A stretch of DNA of 63,203 nucleotides, filler included, from Choristocarpus tenellus KU-1152 (Eukaryota; Protista; Phaeophyceae), in NCBI GenBank assembly GCA_964200185.2. It is 10 parts of 10 records of this genome, joined end to end, with 100 filler letters (N's around TTAATTAATTAA, not from the genome) between each part and the next. Parts side by side here need not be neighbours in the genome. Positions count along the whole stretch, not along the records: positions 39,173 to 42,915 come from CAXNAD020018192.1; positions 43,016 to 53,195 come from CAXNAD020003099.1; 8 more parts are not named here. One strand, written 5' to 3'. The translations under genes were made by a program, and so were the position numbers. Below the pieces are notes generated by a model. That model saw nothing but the letters and a program-made list of their open reading frames with translations, did not search any database and was not told where the DNA came from. Each line of letters begins with the position of its first letter. Position 1 is the first letter of the stretch. Positions 39,173 through 49,699 of this stretch are shown piece by piece.

Positions 39173-42100
39173 GGCACTGGCTCCCCCGGGCTTGCATTGC
39201 TACCCTCCTACATGCCCTGGAGAGGAGGTGAGCACACTCAGAGAGTACAGTGTATACTGTGAAGGGAAGAAGTACTCACCCCTCTTGTAGCTCTCGTTGA
39301 TCGCCTATCATTTTCCACCCTCCTTCAATACTTTACCTCCAACTTAACAGCGTAGTGCTCCTTAACGGAACAGGACAAGACATGTGGGAGAGGTGAGTAA
39401 TGTTTAGGTGGACCCAAATTATGATTCTACTGATTGCTGTCTTCAACCACCTTTGGCATTGCTCATTTCCTCTTTTCCCTTTGTCCAAAATTTACTGGGG
39501 TAGATTCCCTGTAGGTGGAACTGCTATGTGTACACCTTAACATTGATGGATAGAACCAGTACTCTCTGGTTCATTCTATCACATACCTATGATACATGAG
39601 TGAAGTGCCCTATGAGGGGAAAAGGAGGAAACCTCTGCTAAGACCATATCCACTACATCTCACTGCCTTCTCCTGTTCATCTTACACGACAAGGTATTAG
39701 CTGTCCTTCCCTCGGTGCATGTTGGATCTACAAATCATTCATTTCGAGCTCTCTTTCCAATCAACCACTATTGTGAAGTAGTATACTACCACTATTGCTC
39801 TTGGGACCTTCACTCCCTCGCTGCAAGAATTTGATAATGTGGTTAGCCAGGGTGATGTCCCCCACACCCAGTGGCTAATGGGCAGTCTTGATGGTGTTCT
39901 GAAAAGAGACCAATAGTGCTGTCAGTCAATATTTGTCGAGTCTCCCATACCCCCAGTGTGGCGTGACTTCCATTACCTCACATACTGCATCATCTGGTTT
40001 GCCTCATGTCACTGCACTCTCTTTCCTCCTCACATTTCCACATCAACGACGAAAAATCGAAAGGTGATCAACGCCATCGATATGACAAATCCAGCGCATC
40101 ATTTTCACCAGGATCAAGCTGTCTCCACCTCCAACAAGTGAGCAATCCCTTGCAGATGGAGTCCACAACAACCAAGTTCACACAAGTACCATATTCCTCT
40201 ATGCCTTCTCTGGACATTTGGCTAGGATCTTTGATCACTAAGTGATACATCTATATTTGACAGATAAGCCTGCAAGATTCCTGGTATTGGGGTACAGCAT
40301 TGGAGTATGAAGGTCACTAGAGTTCTCAGAAGGACAGATTATCAAGAAAAAGTGTTGCAATTTGATCTCCTGCCGAACCAAGTGTCTCTAGGGTTGAACA
40401 TACAAGAGGGGAGTTGATTAATGTAGTTTTCAACCCCAAAGTATATTCGAAGTCTGAATTTCTACAGGTTTTGGGAACAGGAAAGTGCCTGTGTGTAGAT
40501 CCCATATCCTTACACAAGTGGGTTTTCAACAGAGACGAAACAGGAGCTTGTTGTGCTGATTGTTGGGTGAATTCCAACCATTTGATATGTGATGATAATA
40601 CTCCACATTTTCTATAGTAGAACATAGTATCACATGTTCCAAATATTCCCTACAACAAGATGTGTGAACACTAAAATATTTGGGCACACGACAGCTCTTG
40701 AATTTTCATGAGCTTACCACCAATATCTGTGATGAAAGAAGGAAGCACAAGTATCAAATCTTCCTGGGCATTCCTTCTCTACATACAAACCTGCTACCTC
40801 CTCCTCCACCTACTATTGACTGCAGAATTATGTGGTGTGTTATGTGCTGAGGGCCGTGCCATATTTATCCTGGTATATACATAATCATATATACTGCATT
40901 ATCTTTGCTGCCTATTGCGGATGCTACCAGTTTCACCCCTTCAAACTGTTGTACCATGTAGTATCACATCCTTATTATTTGTTCTAGAAATTTGGATATA
41001 TATATATATATGTTAGGTTCTTCAAATAATTTGTTCAATTCTTGTGTGTTAAAATATCATATAGTAGTATGTTTGCCATATCTTAGAGTAGTATATAAAT
41101 TTGGAATTTTGAATAAGTACTGCGTGTGAGAGGCTCAAAGTACCTGGGGGGGGTAGCAGCTGTCTATTTGGGGTCCATTTTTTCATGTCGTGATTTTTCG
41201 GTGATTTGGTTCCATACGTCGGATGGATAATGTAAGTGCACTTTTCCTAGTTTTGGTTCAAATGGACACCCTGGTGTAGACCCCAAGCCCCCCTCAGATA
41301 CTTTATGTTAGATGTTCAACACATGACGACTCGGATATTTTGATTTCACCACTGATTCAGTAGTACTAGTATACATACTGTATGTAGGATCTTTGAAGTA
41401 GTGTTTGCTTGGTTCTTGACACTGACTGTGCCTATGGCCTGTGGGTACGGCAAAGCTATCATTATTCTTGTACCATTGTATTATCCTGCACAATACTACC
41501 TCTACCCACAATTGTTTGAGATTTTCTTCCTTCCCCTTGTTGACAGAACTGGTGATGATGCTCTCCTACCCCGGCATATATTTGCACTGTAATTTGATCT
41601 CCCTTTGTTACATATTTTCCATCTTCACACACCTTTGTCTCTTCATCGTTCAATTGGATTGACCCAAGCTAACAGACTCCTGATGGCTATGAAAGACAGA
41701 ACCAATACATAATCCCAGTCCAAGTATATGAGAACAGACTCGTATACCTCCCTGATCTTATTACGCCACTCAGCAAGGCATTATGCAATGGGTAGACCTT
41801 GTTGTGCATGGAATGCTTCATGTACATGCTCTGCCCTGATGGTGGCATAATTCGGACTCGTGAAGGACATAGGACAACTCCTGCCACTCCCCTGTGGCCT
41901 ATGACCTATGGTCTGTAGTCCTTTTCCCTTCATTACACAGAAGTATATGGTCCTACAAGGCCAAAACCCCCCAATGCAATAATGATACACAACAAAGGAA
42001 TACACGTTGGAAAATGGTTTGAGAATTTGATTAATGTGTCTAAGTACAAATATTGTTCAAATTGGATGAGTAGTATCAGGATCACGTGTGATCATCTTTT

Positions 42101-42806
42101 GATCAATATCACTTCAAATGTTTCAATGCCTAGTCCTCATCAGAGAGGATCAGCCTATGCTCCAAATGTACCTGTCACATCCGAAAGGCTTTATGAATTC
42201 AACACAAATGCAAAGAGTATTGTTGATGGATTTGTGTAGTGCAAGAGAGGGGTTCAGTGCACAACATGATCTTCGTTTCTGTTACTTGAGGTACATGTCT
42301 CTATATCCACTCAACCGTTCAGCATCTCCAACCTAGTGCACAATTTGTATCTCTATGTACGCTTTTGTGTACCAGGAATACCCAAGATCCGAAGAATGTT
42401 TGACATATTTGGGTATTTATCACAGTAGCGTCAAAAATGGATGCCGGCACCCCCTCCCCAGATACTTTGACCCATCTATCAAATCTATAGTGCCCAAGAG
42501 TATCAGATATTGGATCCTTTCCCAGTACATGAACAATTGTTTTGCTTAGACCATGTACTTCACTATACATATTGTGGGTATTGTGGGTGGTAGAATAGGG
42601 TATGGCACTTTGGTGTCTCTCTCTTGTGGAATACAGTAAGTGCAAGTCCCACCTCTTCCACTGAGTCATCCCTCTTCTCCCACCTCCTACTGCACAGGCA
42701 AGCCATTTTGGTGATAATCGTAGCTACGGTACTGTTCGGAGCAATGTTGATCTCTATAAGAGGGAGGTCAAGAAACCGGGTCCCACACCACAGCCTGGGC
42801 CTGTAA
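39173..42806 (+). CDS. Putative exon pair (39173-39227, 42698-42806) of an unknown gene; possibly a C-terminal transmembrane tail
   Basis: Strong donor AG|gtgagc and C-rich acceptor cacag|G. The phase-2 join reads HWLPRACIATLLHALERR|QAILVIIVATVLFGAMLISIRGRSRNRVPHHSLGL*. An alternative phase-0 frame is also open. Confidence 0.35.
39780..42400. mobile_element. Highly decayed retroelement fragments (LINE-like RT trace on + at ~39780-40250; Gypsy-like RT/connection/RNase H traces on - at ~40300-42400)
   Basis: Faint motifs VVSQGD and FHYL on +. On -: SLLK..WGS-like..LKTTLINSPLV, YMPG*ESII (cf. YKPGKEN) and a YLE(D)-like RT core. Confidence 0.4.
41132..41309. mobile_element. MITE family A full copy with AGA TSD
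   Basis: ggctcaaagtacctgggggggg ... ccctcagatactttatgtt, flanked by aga/aga. Confidence 0.75.
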
Positions 42807-43586
42807 TGAGGCTGCCGTAAGGGTAGGGACAGGGGTAGGGCAGGGGCAGGAGAATTTGTGGGAGGAATCAGGTGGTTAATGCTTCCCCAATCCCACCCCC
42901 CCTTTCATCATCGGGNNNNNNNNNNNNNNNNNNNNNNNNNNNNNNNNNNNNNNNNNNNNTTAATTAATTAANNNNNNNNNNNNNNNNNNNNNNNNNNNNN
43001 NNNNNNNNNNNNNNNGTATTATCTGTTTTGGTCAGTTAATTTTGAAGGGATTTGTTTAGCAGCGGGTGTTTAGGAGTCACAAGGCACAATATTCTCTTCA
43101 CAAAACAAAAATAAAAGGATCGGCACCATGGGAAAAAGGATGCGGATCTTTGGAGTTGGTTACAGGGAGTATTGTAGACCTCTTGCATTTTCTTTCCGGT
43201 GAGAAATCCTATCCTATCAATTAACACACTGCTTGAAAACATACCACAAATTTGAAAAAAACAAAGAGTAAAATTTTCGATCTCTCCCTGCATCTTAGCA
43301 TACAGCCCAAATCAAACCCTAACCCTAACCCTAACCCTTACAATCGCAAAGCGCTAGCGGCATTCAACTGATAGACCCCACACTTCCCTGCCTACAACTG
43401 GACAAGTAAACTTCTGCTCCCTCGCCTGTACCCTATCAACAAAAACCAACCTGTCTGCAACAAAAACAGAACCACGACTAACAACCCCCCCCCTGAAACC
43501 ATCAAAACAATAGGCAGTTACTCTGCCCTGCCCTTCCCCCCCCCCCCAACAAACACACCAATAGTCATACAATAGAAAGCACTCAC

Positions 43587-46263
43587 AGCGCTTTATCGGG
43601 ACAAGCCTCACACACGACCACACCTCCATCGCCAGGATCACAATCAGCAGCACCAGGTCCCAAGTCACCAGCTATAAAAAAGGCACACATTTCATACACG
43701 TAAGCATGAATCACAACAGGTCATCCACCCAAATACCACAAGGAAACACAGGAGTAGTACACCAGGTGGAGAGATATGAGGGGGTGAGTGCTCGTGTGGA
43801 CATGTGTGTCTGTATGACTGTGTATGTGTCTGTGTAATAGTCTGTGCTTGCCTATCAGTCTTGTCTGCATGTATCTATAGCAAAATTCTTCAACACAGTG
43901 CTCCGTTCTATTTCCAGCACTTCCATTCATGGGAGTTCAACGTAAGCACGATTACCCCTATCACACAAAGCAATAAAAAACACACCCTACATGATGTACC
44001 TTCAACATGGAAAAAAAAGGGACACTTAAAGCAATCTTCTAGTGGGGGCTGCTGACGCATATATAGCCTGAAATACAAGATTACGTTGTTTTGTATATTT
44101 CACACCAAGAGTCACCAACAGCAAGCCATCCCTAACCTTAATGTTTACGCAAAATCTAACCATTACATTCGAACAAGATATTTGACAACACACACAATCA
44201 TCTCTATTCTGAAAAAGGGTGTACCTCATTTTGGTCAACCAGTACCTGTGGACTTTAAAGACGGAGGCTAGAAAGGCAAAGAGTAGGGGACACACAACTC
44301 TTGATTATAATCCTTACCATAAGTTGCCATAACCCCAAAGCGCCCATGCCAACCCAAACACCCCAAACCTAACCCTAATCCCATGGAGCAAGACCACAAC
44401 AACCACAACAACCACAACAAATTGTTTAAGATATTACCCTACCCCCCATGAACTCAACCCCAATATCAAACCCTAACCCTAAGTATCACCATGGGGTTGA
44501 CACAAGTACTGAAACTACTTGGTTGACACAAGTACTGAAACTACTTCAAAGTACTTGTTGGTACAAGGAACAAGCAAATATATGTTACACGTATTTTCAA
44601 ATAAACAATGAATCAGCGGTAGGAACGGGGTTTTGATTTAGTCAGCAGTGCAACTATTGCAACAAAAGAAAATGTGGACAACAGAAAACACTTGGACAGT
44701 ATAAGTTCAACTGCTTGTACCACTAGGGGTAAGCTCTAATCACACCATACACATCACTACTCTGACCGCGAATAATTTCCAACAGCGGAAATCGCGAAAT
44801 TTCCGGAAATAGTTGACATCCCAACCCCAAAAAACAGTCCAATTTAAACCTCTGAAATCCACACCTGGTCTCATTAAATGATTGCCATGCATGCTTTTAA
44901 TTTTACTGTCTGATGATGCCCTACCGATCCAATCAAATTACTGTTTTTAACACCTGGTTCAACACCACTGTGCTCGCAATGTTGTGTTCTCTCTTTAAAA
45001 ACATTACCTCAACAATCCGGATGTGTTTGATTCCATCCTCTTCCACAAGTTCCCAAAATAGGAAGGCAAAGACCAGAGCAGGGAAAAGAGCTTGAGCCGG
45101 AGAGTTCCGCCTGCTCCACATGAATCCATGATGCAAGATCTCTGTACAGCACTGAAGGACCCATGCCAAGACAAAGAGCACATTGGTAACGTCTGATGTC
45201 CAGGGGAATGGGGTGGGAGCAGAAGGGAGAGCTGAAGTCGGGAGACGAGTTCGGGTTCTTTGAACATTGAAAGTGCTAAGGGCAATAGTGGACTCTCAGG
45301 GACTACTGTAGGGGGTGTCATACGATCTGAGCACACTCGCACACATTGCACCACGAACATGTAGTTGGACTAATTGTAGCGCAACAATAAATCTAAGGGT
45401 TGCAATTCAAAAGATCAGTTTCTCAGCGGATTACTTTGTTATTGGACACCACACGTTTGTTGGTGCAATTATGGTGTGAACCAAATACATGGTTGATCTT
45501 CAAAATCAACCCACAAATAAGTACGGCTTCGCGCACGTGGTCAAGACTCTGCGAAATAATGCACTAGATATGATACTCTACACCGCGCAACATAATCGAG
45601 AGGTGGTATGTCACTTAGCATGCTTTGTACCAGGATGTACGAAGATGCACAGTGATACGACTACACACTTGATCAAATAGCAAAAATAAAACCAAATAAA
45701 TTTCCCATATTTCCCGCCATCGCGAAGCTAGTAACGTTATAAAGAGTAAAGTCACGCATGCTCTTCGTGGCACCCTTACATTTGTAAGGGTCGTCAGCAT
45801 GCCCGTCCACAAGGTCGTAGGATCCGTCACCGAGATGATATGATATTTGCAGCGTGTACAATATAAGCTTGAAGAAATGTACGCTTGTACCCTTCTTCAA
45901 ACTGAGCTCGTGGGTACTCTTGTTGCCTCCCGTGTACTCATCCGCCTCTATACCATTTGACCTGTCTCCCAAGAGTGGTACATCTGCACCATCCCCCTTG
46001 AACTCCTCATCTCCCTCTTTTGTCTTGCCACCCATAAAGCCATTCAAGGATACGTCAGCAGCGAGGAGTCCACTTCCATCGCTTCCACTCCCATTATTAC
46101 CCTTACGGGATCTGGCGTAAGTGATAAGGTAGGCGAGGGCAAGGAAGGACGAGTACAACAAGGGCAACACTGCACCCAACGTAGCTACAGAGCAGGGGCC
46201 ACTAAAACTCCAAAACTTGGACCACGAAAGATCTTCATCACATAGGCCCTCGAGAAAACCCAT
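43587..46263 (-). CDS. Multi-pass membrane protein, probably the N-terminal TMD0 region of an ABC transporter (ABCC/MRP or ABCB6/HMT1-like); exons 46263-45780, 45192-45008, 43671-43587
   Basis: MGFLEGLCDEDLSWSKFWSFSGPCSVATLGAVLPLLY has the C..W..PC pattern of TMD0. It continues in phase as ..DDPYKY|VTNVLFVLAWVLQ..QALFPALVFAFLFWELV..IVE|LVTWDLVLLIVILAMEVW, about five hydrophobic segments. No nucleotide-binding domain is in the window, so the family call is inferred. Confidence 0.65.
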
Positions 46264-46506
46264 TGTGCGTGTGTCTTCAGGTGCCTTCCGAAGTACCTCC
46301 AACTATCTCGCAGCACGAGTGAACTTACTGCTGGAGTGGAGTAAGCATTGTGTATATTTTCCTTGAATCTATAGAGTACCGTCATGTAGGGTTCAAATTA
46401 ACACCTCCGGAGGTAGTATCAGCTATTGGATGGTGTACAAAAAAGGCAACCACCTACCTCTTGTGGATGAGTTGTGGGTGACAAGAGGAAACCCACTCAG
46501 TTTAAC
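46264..46506. promoter_or_regulatory. Probable bidirectional promoter
   Basis: Only 243 nt separate the divergent ATGs at 46263 (-) and 46507 (+), within a CpG-rich zone. Confidence 0.6.
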
Positions 46507-47984
46507 ATGAATACACCTTCATCTGTCCATTCTCCAGGATCAAGCGTCGGAAGCGGGCCCGGGCACAAGCGAAGCGAAACCTCTGAAGGTGAACAAAGAC
46601 AAACGAAAGTCAATATCCACTTACAGTGTTGGTATCACAAAGTAGAGTTTGTGTCGTTGGTAGTGGGATGCCAAAACACTTTAGTGCTTATTGCAATGTT
46701 CGACCCTATCCATGGCGTCTCGTTTGTTATTGCGTTTAAAAGATATTGATGAGAAAAGGTGATCACAAGATGTTACGGCATGCCCTCAGCAGTTCTCGCA
46801 CCATTCACCCGTTCGGGTTTTTTCTATCTCTGTTTCTACTGTTAGGACGATCTACCAAGCGCGGGGTGGATGACTTAATACGGTGGGCCTTGGTCGCAAA
46901 TAAAGTTACAGGGGAAGAACGGCTTGCAGAGGAGGCAAAGAAGGCAAGACACTCTACACCCCTTTCGAAACAGCGTACCACTAGACACCCCATGTCCTTA
47001 CCATACCTCCCATTTGTCAAAATGGTCGAAAAATTTGTTCCCTATTAGCCCTGGTGGATGGGTAGAGTAAGATTTCCCCCTCGTATGTGTGGTCAGGTGA
47101 CTCTTTTAGATCAAGATCGTCCTGGAGGGGAGAATTGACTTTGTGTGATCCGCGACAGATTGAAGTGCGTCGTGGTGGAATCCACCTGTCCTGGAAGACT
47201 ACGTACATGGTAGAAACGCCCGTGGTATATAAGCTTTATTAACGAGGTTGAGGGTCATTATCTTGTGATATTTTAACGTTTTTCGATGTTTCGCTTCAGA
47301 GAGGTGGATTTATGTTACTTGTTGGTTTAACACTTCGATTTTGGTCTTGGAATCTAGAGACCAAGAAATACTCACAGAAAGACTGTTTGAAGGGTGCATG
47401 TGCATGTGCAAGTGGACGCCCCACATATATATATGGAAGCATGATTTAAATTTGACTGAAAGTATCTTGAGGGGGGAGGAGTGTCTACACCTGGGTGTCC
47501 ATTTGGGTCTTGACTGGGAGAAGTGTACGTACACTGTCCATTCGACGCATGCAACCATAGCACCCAAAAATCGCAATATGGAAAAATGGGCCCCGAATGG
47601 ACAGCTGCCACCACCCTCCCAGATACTCTGAGCCTTTACTCGAGGTTGAGCAATCAATGCACTGCTTCTTCTATGTAGGGTATGTGCATTAATGTACTTT
47701 TTATCAACATCGCATCAAAGATTATGTAACTCTAAATTCATCACAGGACACTGTGTGAAGCATCATCTCAACAAATGCCTGTCCCAAACAAGAAAGAGAC
47801 AATTGCATGCTCTACCTGATTGGCTTTGTGAAACCTAGAAATAAACCATCTTCAATATCCCCAGGTGTTGGCAGCTGACATGATGACCAGCTTGCGCAGG
47901 CTTACAGATGACCTCAATGACGATGAGTGGATGTATGACCCCCCCAATCTTGGTGATGGAGGAAGATGGAAGAACCGCCGGTAA
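46507..47984 (+). CDS. 99-aa SAMBA/APC16-like small protein (candidate APC/C subunit or regulator); exons 46507-46588, 46846-46943, 47865-47984
   Basis: 82+98+120 nt = 300 nt: MNTPSSVHSPGSSVGSGPGHKRSETSEG|RSTKRGVDDLIRWALVANKVTGEERLAEEAKK|VLAADMMTSLRRLTDDLNDDEWMYDPPNLGDGGRWKNRR*. Intron 1 is GT-AG and intron 2 is GC-AG. The C-terminal helix and DxW[M/R][Y/F] motif resemble SAMBA and APC16 as recalled. Confidence 0.75.
47454..47634. mobile_element. MITE family A full copy with TTT TSD, in intron 2 of the SAMBA-like gene
   Basis: gactgaaagtatcttgagggggg ... ctcccagatactctgagcc, flanked by ttt/ttt. Confidence 0.8.
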
Positions 47985-49224
47985 TATTACATTAAAACTC
48001 AAAAAGCACCTCCGTGTATTATAGAGTGGGCTTCACTGGCCTGTGGTGACAGTTCTACCAGTCCAACCTTAAATGAAGTAATGGAGGTACTGGAATAGGA
48101 GGTTAGAAAAGAACTGTATATTGAGGGTATGTTTGTAAAGACGTACACCGCAGTATCATCCTCCTGGAGTTGCCGCAGTATGTCAGCCAATCAGTTGACA
48201 CCAATAGATACTATTTTCCGACCTGAAATGGAGAAGTGTATGGTTGGCATGATTGGGTAGTATGATAAGTACCCTCTTCTGAACTGGACTGTTGTCAGTG
48301 GCACTGGCTCTGAATGGCAAAGATCACGTGTAAAATATGGTGTGTTCCTGTTTATTCCTACTGTATGGTTGTTGTCCCTTTGATCTTTCAAAATGCCCAC
48401 TTGCAATTTCCAATGCTGTAACCATCCCATGAGCCCCATGTTGTCCTGCTGTGAGCTCTGGTAGGCTGTGTGGTTATTTTCTGTATATATATATATATAG
48501 GACTACTGATAATGAAGTGCCCTGAAATATGTTTATGTACAAATTGGATGTGCAGCGATAAATGCAAACTGACTGGAGAGTATAGTTTGCACCAGTGGAA
48601 TAAGATGCTTTTGGAACTGTCAATATTTTGGCATGGTGTGGAACAGACTACTAGCATTATAAAAATGACAAAATGAGCAACCTTTTCTAGGAGCCCATCT
48701 TTGCAATTGGTGAAGTACTTCACAGTACAGAAAAATTTCAAGCCTACAAGACTGGGCACAGAATTTACATGCACTTCACACCTCATTCTACTTCAAAGTT
48801 GTAGACTAGTTTCCATCAGGGACTCCAGTGCACTCAATCTCATGCTTGACATAACTGGCAGGCATTCTTAGATTACTTGTGGCTACATTCCACTACCACA
48901 AGTCAACACTTTGACATTGACCATTTTGGGGACTGAAAAGATCAGTCCCCCCAGGAATGCTGTGGGTCAAGAAATAAAAAAAGAAAATAATGTATCTACC
49001 AATTCAACCCCCAAAAATAAGGTTTACCACTTTTTGCCAATAACAAAAATAAAACCTACAGCACAATTATGTGTGTTGGCCTATCCTTGACAAAGCAAAA
49101 CATATGCTGCACTGAGTCAAGAGTGCTGTTCTAGGTGATATCCCTCCTTTCAACACAACAGTACGATGTCTGAATCTCTTACGTATCAAGATATACTCAC
49201 AACATGTACCCCCCCATCCACACC

Positions 49225-49323
49225 TTATCTCCAAGGCAAGTGGGCAGAGTCTTTCTTGACCTGGAATTTCTTGAGGGAATCAAGACGAAAGAGCATCATC
49301 TTCTCGAACTGCTGGTAGCCAAC
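49225..49323 (-). CDS. Terminal exon of a probable EF-hand (calmodulin/centrin-like) protein
   Basis: ttgcag|VGYQQFEKMMLFRLDSLKKFQVKKDSAHLPWR*. V.Y..F..MM is the exit helix of an EF-hand. Upstream exons were not found on this contig. Confidence 0.55.
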   Translation of the reverse strand, partial: VGYQQFEKMMLFRLDSLKKFQVKKDSAHLPWR

Positions 49324-49699
49324 CTGCAACCCAAGTCCCCAGACAGATGCATGAGGAAGACAAGGATTTAAATACTACCAACTTACATTGTACCTACTCC
49401 ATGCTACAATAAAATTTAGTTTCCCTCCAAATATGCATATAAATTTGTATTGCTGTACCTGTTTCCTCAATTTCCTGTTGTGAGGTCTATTTTAATTTTT
49501 CAAAAGCAAAGTGCTACTGTAACTTTAGGTCTAGTTTATGAGAGTGTTCCTTGATGTCATACAGAAAATACTATTTTTCTTACTCACAAAACGTTAACCA
49601 CTTCTCGCCAACACAGCCTCTGGTTTTCCAAGACATTGTTGCTCCTCAAGCTGCTCATGCCTTGATTTGTATACCCATTTAACTGCCTATCTTCACCTC

